Assembly (NCBI GenBank): GCA_964016885.1
Contig: OZ024741.1
Coordinates: 236,840,001-236,904,000, forward strand
Direction: 5' to 3'
DNA from: Eledone cirrhosa
Taxonomy: Eukaryota
DNA: 64,000 bases
The position numbers and the translations under genes were made by a program. Each line of letters opens with the position of its first letter. Positions within the stretch are counted from its first letter, which is position 1. The notes below the pieces were generated by a model. The model was not told the DNA's origin. It ran no database searches and saw nothing but the letters and a program-made list of their open reading frames with translations. This document shows, piece by piece, positions 53,512 through 64,000 of this stretch.

Positions 53512-55715
53512 TTCAGAGCTACAACCATTAATGTAAGCACAATGAGAGGAAGATCAGGAGAGATTGTAGAGATGTTAGATCAAAAGAGAGTAGATGTGTG
53601 TTGCGTATAAGAGACTAGGTGGAGAGGAGGATCAGCTTGACTCATCATCATCATCATCATTTAACGTCCATCTTCCTCGCTTGCATGGGTAGGATGGGCT
53701 GTCCCTTTGTGAGGGATCAGGTCGGGGGACTGTGAATTGCTCACAGAGAACTGATTTTGGCTTGGTTTCTATGGCTGGATGCCCTTCCTAATGTCAACCA
53801 CATTTACAGTGTGTGCTGGGTGCTTTTTGCTGTGTCGCCTACACAACCACTTTACAGCATGGACTTGGTGCTTGTTGATAAAGAACGATGCTACAAATTT
53901 TTCTGCATGGGAAATAATTACGGGCTAAATGGAGTAAGTATTTTGTTAGCAGAAAAATAGGTGAATAATGTTATCGCAGTCAACAGGGTAAATGACAGAA
54001 TCATTAAACTGAGGATAGTCCAAGATAAAACAACTGTAACAATTATATCTACAATATGCACCATATTCGGGACTTCCAAACATACTAAAAGACAACTTTC
54101 TTCATTCCTAATACAGACTACTTCTCTAATAGGTGACAAGGCACTATTAATCATAGCAAATGACTTTAATGGACATGTTGGGTAACACAGTGATGGCTTC
54201 TATGGGACACTCGGTGGGTACAGGTTTGGTGTGAGAAATCAGGAGGTATCCTTGAATTCTGTGACATAAATGAACTGATGATCTGTAACACTGACTTCAA
54301 AAAACCTGACAACCCCTTGATCACCTATAGATCAGGTGAGCACACCAGCCAAAAAGATTTTATCCTCACCAGAAAGCAAGATAGAACAATGGTCGTAACA
54401 CAAAGGCCCTCCGGGGTGAGGAATGTACCTCCCAGCATAACCTAGTAGTCAGTGACTTGTTAATTAGAGCTAGACGAACTTGGAGACAAGGGCCAACCTG
54501 GATGAGGAGAAGGATATGGAAATTGAAGGAGCCTGTAACAAATTTAAGGATGCCTTACTTGACGCTTTTGATAATAAAGAAGAAATAGTGACAAACAATA
54601 TAGAGGAGCAGTGGGAGTTCTTGAGAGACAATCTACTGAAGGCCACAAATGAGGTATATGGATAGAGCAGAGGTCCAGGGAGTAGGAGAGAGACTTGATG
54701 GTGGAATAGTAGGGTGGATGAAATAATTGAAGCCAAGAAACTGTCATAGAAGGAAGGGCAAAATTGAGGTAGCAGAGAGCTTTACCAAGTGGCCAGGTAA
54801 GAGATGAGGTGACAAGTACACTTTGCAAAGAGAAAAGCAGAAAGTAAAAAATATTTATGCATGTTATGCAATGTGATGACCAAAGACGTGAGGTGCTCAG
54901 ACTCGTAAGGCGAAAATAGTGATGTTGTGGGAGAGAAGTGTGTTTGAAATGACAATGGTGCATTTTCCCTCACTGAAACCGAAAAGAAGGTCTGGAAGCA
55001 TGACCTGAAATCAAAAGGTCTTAAAGTAAACTTGGCAAAGATCAAAGTTCTAATAAGTAGCAAGGAAAACAATGCCCTGATCCCTTCTGGGAAATGACCC
55101 TGCTCAGTGTGTAGGAAAGGGGTGGGTAGAAATTCCATCCTCTGTCCCAAATGCAAGAGATGTAGTGGGATCTCAGGTAGATTAGCTAAGAACATAGGTT
55201 TTATTTGTGGCCATTGCACAGGAACAAAAAGTAACAAACACTCACAGGAAACAAGTGCTATGAAATTCTTGGAAGATTCTGTAGAAGCTGTTAACAGCTG
55301 TTACCTCGGTGACCAAATTAGCAGTGGAGGTGTGTGTGCTAAAAGTACAGTAACCAGAGGGAGAACGGGATGGAAAAAGTTTAGGGAGCTACTACCATTG
55401 CTAGCTACAAAAGGCTTTTCCCTTAAAATGTCGAACAGATTGTATGATGCGTCTATAGAAACAGCTATGTTACATGGTAGTGAGACCTGGGCACTCTGTG
55501 CAGAGAAACTGCAAAGATTGGAAAGAAATAAAGCTGGTGTGCTTCAATGGATGTGTAATAGTAGTATAAATGAACTGAGAGAGAAACTGGGTATAAGAGG
55601 GATCAGATGCAGTGTGCAGGAAAGGAGATTGCGTTGGTATGGACATGTAATGCATATGAAGGGTGACAGCTGTATAAAAAGGTGCAGAGTGCTCAAAGTT
55701 GATGGAATCAATGGA
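53512..55715 (+). mobile_element. Degenerate RTE LINE: endonuclease, RT core deleted, PHD-like insert, C-terminus; interrupted by a SINE-like insert at 53641-53860
   Basis: TINVSTM, ETRWRGG, NGVSILL, DFNGHVG, then junction KVWKH|DLKSKGLKVN at about 55001, then CSVC..CPKC..C..CGHC, YLGD, HGSETW, RLRWYGHV. Confidence 0.9.
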
Positions 55716-55853
55716 GTAGGGCATCCAGCTGTAGAAACCATACCGAAATCAGTTCTGTATGAGCAAGAAAAAGTCACCTGATCTAGCTTCTCTCACAACA
55801 TGGAAAAATGGATGTTAAACGGTGATGATAAGGATGATGATGAATATATATAT

Positions 55854-55957
55854 AATTAGAAAAAGAAGCTGTTGCCATATTTTTTTACTAAATAAATTTT
55901 AGCCTGATAGTGGGGTTTAGAACCCTCAAAAATACGGCGAAGCTTCTATTTCTAATT
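55854..55957. mobile_element. Small MITE-like inverted repeat (arms about 30 bp)
   Basis: AATTAGAAAAAGAAGCTGTTGCCATATTTT versus AAAATACGGCGAAGCTTCTATTTCTAATT. Confidence 0.6.
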
Positions 55958-56024
55958 TCAAACTCACTCGCTGTTTCAAAAACATACTTACTGTCATATA
56001 TATATACACACACGCACATATACA

Positions 56025-56177
56025 CAATGTGCTTCTGCACAGTTTATGTCTACCAATTTTCACTCACACGGTACATGTCAACCTGAGACCAGTAGTAGAC
56101 ATTTGTGCAAGGAATGGAATATATAAATACATGGTTGTAAAACAAACTTGTTAATCATAGGGCAATGCCTGCGCCTA
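56025..56177 (-). mobile_element. Degenerate SINE copy
   Basis: GCTTC.GCACAGTTT..GTCTACCAA.TTTCACTCACA..G...AGTAG.AGACA.TTG..CAAGG pattern recalled from octopus SINEs. Confidence 0.5.
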
Positions 56178-56235
56178 CACTCCTGTTTCTAAATGTGTCA
56201 ATTTGGGAAAAAATATCTTTTACCATAGCTTCAGG

Positions 56236-56658
56236 TTAACCCTTTAGCATTCACATTACTCTATATATACTATTGTATTTTCATGGTAAAAGCTTTACCT
56301 CACATAATTATCTCACATAATATCAAATCTATGAGGGCGGAGGATTGACAGTATCGGTAGAGGGTTGGACGCCATGCTTTGACGCATAGAGTTACGGTCC
56401 TTGCCATTCTGAATTCAAATCCCGCCGAGGTTAACTTTGCCTTTCATCCTTTCGGGGTCGATAAAATAAAGTACCAGTAATACACTGGATAATTGCTGGC
56501 CTTGTGCCAAATGTAGAAACAATAATATCGAATCTATGAGATTTTGAAAGTATTTATTTTGAGAACAATACCTTAACATTAGTTTGAGCGACCAATTACA
56601 GCCAGTTTCAACAGAAAGAGGTAGAGAATTCTGGCCGGTTTGAACATTAAAAGGTTAA
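56236..56658 (+). mobile_element. piggyBac-like MITE (TTAA / CCCTTT termini) carrying a SINE insertion; second partial copy inverted at about 57140-57347
   Basis: TTAACCCTTTAGCATTCA...TGAACATTAAAAGGTTAA. The internal sequence matches the reverse complement of 57140-57347. Confidence 0.8.
56336..56521 (+). mobile_element. Full-length tRNA-derived SINE with 19-bp target-site duplication
   Basis: ATAATATC(A/G)AATCTATGAG at 56317-56335 and 56522-56540. B box GAATTCAAATCC, central GCCTTTCATCCTTTCGGGGTCGATAA. Confidence 0.92.
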
Positions 56659-57689
56659 CCCAAGCTTTGAGCAGACCCAGGCAAGATGTGAAATCTAGGT
56701 ACACTAAGTATTTTAGTAATCAGTGCTAAATACATATGATTTATGGATAAGTTACAAGTGTATATATGTACATGTAGTGTACATGATGACATCATCACCA
56801 TTTAAGATCTATTTTCCATGCTTGCATGAGTTAAAGGGCTATCACATTCTGAGGCTAGATAGATCAGATAACTAAGTCTTGTTCATACGCCCTGGTTTGG
56901 GCTTTTTCTACATCTAGATGCTTTTCCTAACACTAACCACTTTATAGTGTGTACTCAGAGTATGTTTCATAGCACCAGCACTAGCAACTTACAGAGTGGA
57001 CTGGGTGCTTTTTATTGTGACATCAATATGACCACCTTACAGAGTAGACTGGGTGATTTTTGTCATGGCACCTACACTAACACTTTACAGGATTGACTGG
57101 GTACATTTTGTTGTGGCACCAGTACAACCACCTTACAGGGTAGTTCTTTAAACCTGCCATATCTGGCCAGAATTCTCTCAACTTTTTCTGTTCAAACCGT
57201 CTGTAACCGTCTGCTCATACTTATGTTAAGCTATTGTTCTCAAAATAAATAATATCAAAATCTCATAGATTCGATATTATGTGAAATAAAGTGTTTACTG
57301 TGAAGATATGATAGTAAATATAGAGTAATGTAAATGCTAAAGGGTTATGGTAACGGAACAGAATAAAAGATTTTGAACTTAAGGGGAGTAGGCTCTCCAC
57401 AATCACAAGTTCATTCCAACTGACAATCCTGACCCCCCACCATCCCACCCCTCTGTTCTAACTTACTTATGTGTGAAATTGGGCAGATGGAAACTAGAAC
57501 GTCTATTGGCTGCACTATTTGTAATTTAAATGACCAACCCAGTCATACATGCAGTTTTCCTGCTGATTCTACACAATGATTACACACAAAGGACGGCGCC
57601 ATCCTATCCTGATGTGGAGAAACGAAAGGTAGCTTCAGCAACAGATTATTTTGTTCTGTTACTAGAGCTTTCGATACCGTTAATACAGT

Positions 57690-57838
57690 AAAAAGGGATG
57701 ATAAGTCCTCAGGCTACTGAAGCAATGTGAAATAAAGCATCTTGCTCAAAGACACATGCCACCTGGTGTGGGCCGGAATCAAACTCATGACCTTACAATC
57801 GTGAAGCAAACAACCTAACCACTAAGCCACATGCCTCC
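57690..57838 (-). mobile_element. CORE-type tRNA SINE
   Basis: Minus strand TGGCTTAGTGG, GAGTTTGATTCC, CTTTGAGCAAGATGCTTTATTTCAC. Confidence 0.8.
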
Positions 57839-59091
57839 ATTACATTAAGAGTAGAAACGTCTGTTGGAGATCCATTGATCAAATAACTGGAACAGTCATT
57901 GTTGAAACTGGCGGACATGCATTTACTAGATAGTTCCATTGATCAAACAGTTGAAATACTCATTATTGAAACTGATGGAGATCCATTTATATTTTTCTTT
58001 ATGGGTGTGGCAATTGAAGATATATCTCTCTGACATGTGTGGGTGTGGAGAGAGAGAGAGAGAGAGACAGACAGCTTACTTTTCTCTCCACTTAATATAA
58101 GTCAAGTGGTTCTTGAACTATGAAGAGGCCTATATATGGTCAATCAACCTGTTAGAAATAGCAACCAAACCTACTTAAAATCACACTCTTCCATCTTAAA
58201 AAAATGATACATTAAATAATATAGTCTTGGATATAGTATGTCCCAATAAAAGACATGATGGTCATGGCTAGTATGTTTTTGATTGTAGGCGAGCTCAATC
58301 AAGAAACTAAAGATAAAATAAGCAACAAGAACAGCACTAAGATTTTGTCTCTGAAAACAAGACAGGATGATCATGACTGGATTGTTTTTAATAATGTCTG
58401 CTGAATCAGAGCTGATATGGAACTAAGCAACACTGCTGATGGATAATGTATTCCTAGATACACTTTCTGAATAGAATGCAAGATGATCATGGGAAGAATG
58501 CTAGATGAGGGGTGAACTACATTAACATTAGCATTAGATAATGTAAGCTTAAGATACACTGTCAGCTGAATGGGTACTGACCTGAGGTTGTACAACAGGT
58601 GAAACTGGTGACATTTGACCAACCATTTACCCTACAATCTCCAATTCTACTGTTATTTCCTATGATTCAGAATATGTCAATGATATGCCATATATCTTAT
58701 TTAGTTCCTTTTGTTCCTTATGAAACATTGGGCATCTTTTGTCATTTCAGTAGCTACTTTGATTAATTGAAATAAGGCTGTTAACCTCATATTTCGTCCC
58801 TCCCCCTCCTCCTCCTTTCTCAATTTAAATATTAATCTACGATAAGAAAAAGGCAACGAGAAAAAAAACAAAAACGACTTATGTATATCAGTTACGTTAT
58901 ATACATTCAAATCTTAGTGTTATAGCTACATAACACAAATATTTTTATACAGAAATTTCTTTTAAATATTAATCTATGATAAAATAAAGCAACAAAAAAA
59001 AAAGAAAACAACTTATCTTATGTCCCAGTTTAACATGATATAATACAACACAACATACATGAACTAATTCTCTATAATAAAAATAATAATA

Positions 59092-59282
59092 ATTGTTTCT
59101 ATTTTTGGCACAAGGCCAGCAATTATTCCAGTGTATTACTGGTATTTTATTTTATCGACCCCATGAGGATGAAAGGTAAAGTTAACCTCAGTGGGATTTG
59201 AACTCAGATCATAAAGGGCCGTAACTATGCGTCAAAGCATGGCGTCCGACTCTCTACCAATATTGCCAATCCACTGCCCTTA
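59092..59282 (-). mobile_element. Full-length SINE, same subfamily as 56336-56521
   Basis: Reverse complement aligns over its whole length with 56336-56521. Confidence 0.9.
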
Positions 59283-59663
59283 ATAATAATAATAATAATA
59301 ATATTTAATAGACTTATCTGCTCTGATTTCTTCTATTTTGCTAATTTCCTTTGCTATGTAAATATTCAAATGTTAACGATATGTCTAGCTGCAAGTTGAG
59401 AATAGGTTCACCTATAAGATATACCATAATATATTTGTGTATAAGCCTGACTTTTTCACATGAAAATACATGAAAAGTTAGCATGTAGCTTATCTATTGG
59501 ACCTACAAAACCTAATAAGTGAGTCATGTACTGAGCCAAGTATATTGAATCTACCAGTGCAACATATACACAAATATTTACAGCATATATGTATGTGAGT
59601 ATATATTGATCCCAGTGTAAATATCTGTAATGATATATCATGTCTCAGATGTGAGACATAACG

Positions 59664-60060
59664 CTACCAGATGTAATATATCAGACAACTGAGTCCTATA
59701 TCAGATGTGATATACCTGATAAACAGGTTCTCTACCAGATGTGATAAACCAGATAACCGAGTCCTCTGCCAGACTTGATATTTCTGATAAACAGGACCTT
59801 TACTAGATGTGATTTACCTGACAACTGAGTTATATAGCAGATCTAATATACCTCACAACTGGGTCCTCTACCAGATGTGATAGACCTGATAACCAGGTCC
59901 TCAACCAGACCTGATATACCTGACAACTGAGTTGTCTACCATACCTGATATATCTGACAAACAGGTCCTCTACAAGATTTGATATACCTGATAATTGAGT
60001 CCTCTATGAGATGTGAAATACCTGACAACTGGATCCTCTACCAAACTTGATTTACTTGAG
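59664..60060. repeat. 34-bp minisatellite, about 12 diverged copies (CAGATGTGATATACCTGATAAACAGGTCCTCTAC)
   Basis: Unit starts at 59702, 59736 and 59770 (period 34). Confidence 0.9.
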
Positions 60061-60554
60061 GACAAAGACCCCTATTTAAAAAATAAGATTGAGGGGGAAA
60101 ATAACTCCTTAGGAATCTGCCGCTGACTTTTCCATGCTGGCATGGATTGGATGGGACTTTTTGAAGCAATGTTTTACACCCAGATACCTTTCCTGACACC
60201 AATCCTTTTAGTTGCCCCTTGCGACATGCAGGGATACAGTGTGACTATTCTAAACTGGATACACATATATATATGAGAGTGGTAGGGGTGCTGAGAACTT
60301 TTCAGCCAACTAAAATGAGAGTATATGCATATGTATGTATGTGTGTGTATGTGTAAATGTATTTATATATAAATCTATATATGTGTATGTATGTATATAT
60401 ATATACATATATATAGCAAAATCAGTTCTGTATGAGCAAGACATAATCACCTGACCTGGCATTGCCTACAACAGGACAACTCATCTAACCCATGCTAGCA
60501 TGGAAAAATGGACATTAAATGGTGATGATGATGTATATATATATGTATGTAGTT

Positions 60555-61845
60555 TACTCAAGGAATTTTTTGAATTTAAATACAATAGTATCTGCCAACC
60601 TATTCCTGACTTTCTTATCTGCCAGCGCTTCCCACTTTATCCTGTAAGTTGAGCTGGACCTGCAAGTTTTATGGACTCTCTTGGCTTTAGGTAGTCTCAG
60701 GTTGAAGATAACTAGATGGAGCTCAGCCCCTCTCTTAATACAAATATCTAGCACAGAATTGAAGAAATCAGAGACAATAACAAAGTCAATTATTGATCTC
60801 TGTCCCTGATTCTCCTTATACCATGTGTATTTGTGGATGTCTTTGTGCTGAAAAAAGGTATTAATAATGGAGAGCCCATTACTAGCACAGAAGTCTAATA
60901 AGGCTTCTCCATTCAGTTTAGATTGGCATCACCATTCCTTCGAATCACTCCTTTCCATGTCAGGTAGTCAGTGCAAACATGTGCATTGAAGTCCCCCATA
61001 GGATATAATACTCAGTCTTAACTAAATCTAATGCTGTAGTGACTTCAAGGAAGGATCTGTATTTGGACTCTTTGTTTGGCACATAAACTTGCACCACTCA
61101 CAGAGACCTTTCTTTCAGTTTAGGCTTCATGAGGCAAATCCTCCCTTCCAACCAGATCCAGTCCATAACACATTCTGGCCTGACAATGAGTATCCCCACT
61201 TCTGCGTGTGCAGTCTTTTCTGGAACCACACTTGAATAGTGGATTTTCCATCCTGCATCCAAATCTGTAGTACCAGAGCCACGGAACTTTTTTCCCCGAC
61301 TATATCTAGCTAATAGCATCTGGCCTATTGCACAAGTTCCTGTTCTTTGCCTATAAGGGTTGTAATGTTCCAGTTACTAATTGTCATGGTTTGCTCCCTT
61401 CCGAGCCCTCTCTGGCCCACTTCTTGCTGTATTTGGTGGAGACCGCAATATATTTTTTTAACATGCCTCTTTAACTAACCCCTGAATGCGCCCTTTGTTA
61501 TCCCATGTGAAGGACGATGCAGTATGGATGGCTTTACTGTTTCTAGCCATATGGCAGAGTTTTGTTAGTTTCATTTGTGTCAGTCAGCATTTTGATAATT
61601 TTCTCAGACCTGTGGCCTTTACTTGTATCATCGTAGCTACATCACTGGGTTGTGAGAGTTTTCTTGGGAGCCAACAGTGTCACCTATTTCTCCATCTCCC
61701 TTCGTAGTTTACCGGTGATGGTCCAGAGTTGTATATTTGTGCGGCAGGAACCCACTTATATCGCAAGTAACCATCATATCTGGTGGCCATATCACTATCT
61801 ACTACCTGCAACCCGTTCCTTAGCAGAACAACCCTGCCTAGAAAT
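60555..61845 (-). mobile_element. RTE LINE 5' part (5' region and endonuclease), degenerate
   Basis: NWNITTL.GKEQEL, GSGT..LD.GW, VQVYVP, GDFNAHV, INTFFQHKDIHKYTW, SIIDF. The 5' limit is uncertain. Confidence 0.85.
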
Positions 61846-61946
61846 AATCATCATCATCATCATCATTTAACGCTAGCATGCGTTAGACAGTTTTGTTCCA
61901 TTTGATGCAGGATTGGTCGGGAGACTGTCTCACTTGTACAGAAGTG

Positions 61947-62016
61947 TCTCCGGCAGGTTTTCTACAGCTGGATGCCCTTCTTAACACCAACCACTTTTAC
62001 AGTGTATATAAATATG

Positions 62017-62047
<31 letters not shown>

Positions 62048-62258
62048 TTTAAGATGCCAGTCATAGTTACAGCCATTTATATATCTACGTGCACTCACGC
62101 ATCTCTGGCAGGTTTTCTACGGCTGGATGCCCTTCTTAACACCAACCACTTTTACAGTGTATATACATATGTATATGTATATATATACACACACACACAC
62201 ACTTTAAGATGCCACTCATAGTTACAGCCATTTATATATCTATGTGCTCTCACGCATG
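61947..62258. repeat. 155-bp direct tandem duplication spanning a SINE end, microsatellite and flank
   Basis: GGCAGGTTTTCTAC.GCTGGATGCCC...CTCACGCAT occurs twice, with CAGG at 61954 and 62109. Confidence 0.9.
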
Positions 62259-62639
62259 TTCTCTTGGCATCTGTTATATTCACTGTAAACAACAATACTT
62301 TCTCTAATATGTATTGCTGCTGATGAAAAACATTTAAGTAATTTTTTTAAAAAGAGCTATTTCCATATCTTTGTATCATCATGGTTCTACTTTATATTTG
62401 CCTTAGCCTGCAAGAAATACAACCATTTCCAATCTGGCCCATCTCCAAAAATGTTTTTCCAACCCCTGTTATAAAATACTCTCACTAAAATGTAATAGTG
62501 TGTTTGTATTATCATAAATTTTTTCGTTATAGTCTGTATTTGTGTTGTAATTATTGTAATATAAAATGAAATAATTGTAAGCAAAATTTAGAAAGAAAAA
62601 AGTCAAAATATATTGTTGGTCACCTATTTGAACATTGAA

Positions 62640-64000
62640 TTCCTCATTTATTACCTCGTCTTACTTTACTGACAGCGATGTGTACATGACTTGCACTGCT
62701 CTCACAAGCTACTCATCTACACTCAGTTTCCTGAAAAACCACCAGATAACAGATCGTGGTACTCTGTCAAAGGCCTTTTCCAGATTTACAAAAGCTAGAT
62801 AAAGCAGCTTGCAGTTAATGAAGAACTTCTCTTGTCATTGTCTCACTAAGAAGAGAGCATCTGTGGTGCTCCTCCCTGTCACAAAACCAAACAGCATCTC
62901 ATCTAATTTGACTCTTTCTCTAATTAGTTGCACTAACACTGTCTGTTACTTTCACACAGATTACCTATCAGTTTTATGCTTCTGTAGTTGCTCCTTTCTC
63001 AAGCATTTCCTTTTCCCGAGTAACAATAATTATACTACTACACCGGTCATTGGATATGACATCATCAAATATTACCTTATTGATTATGTGAGTGACTAGC
63101 TCAACTTCTATATATTCAGATGATTTCAGTATTTCAGCATCTATTCCCTTCTAGTCCAGTAGCTTTTCCATTTTTCATCTCTGTTTTGATCCTGTAATTG
63201 TCAACTTCAATAGCTGGTCCCTCTGTTGAATACACTGAGTGTTGTCCCTCTTTCAATTCATTCTCCTTGTTCGCCAACCTCTCAAAATATTTCCAGGCTC
63301 CTTTCTTCTAAATGTCAGTGAGGCTGGCTAAGTGTGTTAGTGCCAACATCCTGATTCAGACTGACACACTGTTTCACAATACAGAACACCTCATGCTTCA
63401 CATTGCAGAAAATTGGCAAACCTTTGGCATTCAGTTTCTCTATGTGCTATGTAAACCTATCATCTAGCTTCTCTTTTAGCTACTTGATATTGTTCTTTGT
63501 TGCCCATATTTTTTTAATTTCCCATGCCTGTCTTATTGGCTTTAATAGCTCTATCAACAATGCTACTCTACCACCAGATCACTCTTCCTCTAGCTGATAC
63601 CTTGTCAGTAGCCTGTAGTAGGTTGTCATGTAGAAACTTCCAATTGTCCTCTATGTCATGCGTCTGTCTTCTCCCCACTCTCATTGTGTGCCATATAGAG
63701 CTTTTTTTAATCAATATTTAACAGCAAGGTCCTTTAGCTTCCATACCCTCTTCCAGATTTTCATGCATTTCTGATTTTTGTCTAGTTTTTATACTAACAT
63801 CACTAGTATCTAAGTAATGTTGGGTGGTGCATTCTTCTCTGTGAAAAGACTCAGCATTCATCTGGTGATCCCATTTTCTAGTGAGTATGAAGCCAATCTG
63901 GCTTGTGTGTTTACTTGATTGGTAGGTGATCATGTAGCTAGCTGGTTTCCTGATATAAATAGTTAAATCATTTGCATCAAAGAATTCTGATCCCTCTTCA
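62640..64000 (-). mobile_element. RTE LINE fragment (endonuclease end to start of RT), degenerate
   Basis: ITYQS..HTSQI.FILTRK, AWKYFERL, FGFVTGRSTTDA, FVNLEKAFDRVP. Confidence 0.88.

Overview
Eukaryotic, gene-poor, repeat-dense DNA. The SINE/LINE complement looks like an octopus/cephalopod genome (inference from recalled repeat families). Bases 1-~28,833 are one tandem satellite with a 47/48-bp monomer (39-bp conserved core plus a variable CA-rich linker), organised into higher-order repeats of about 3.34-3.53 kb and about 2.9 kb. All ORFs called there are artefacts. The remaining 35 kb is a graveyard of retroelements: five Tx1/L1-type pieces (one near full-length but lacking its whole RT domain), four to five RTE pieces, a CR1/Jockey-group fragment, a Penelope-like (Naiad-type) GIY-YIG fragment, many SINEs, MITEs, microsatellites and fold-back palindromes. 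No intact host protein-coding gene is supported; only a few candidate small exons. The most interesting observations are: (1) four hammerhead-ribozyme motifs, one with a perfect core and one exactly at the satellite boundary; (2) an apparently (ATT)n-targeting Tx1 family that forms head-to-tail junctions; (3) a CUUGU-loop 3' hairpin with covarying stems shared by the Tx1 LINE and a SINE; (4) two independent LINEs whose RT domain was removed in frame. Coordinates were read by eye and may be off by a few bases.
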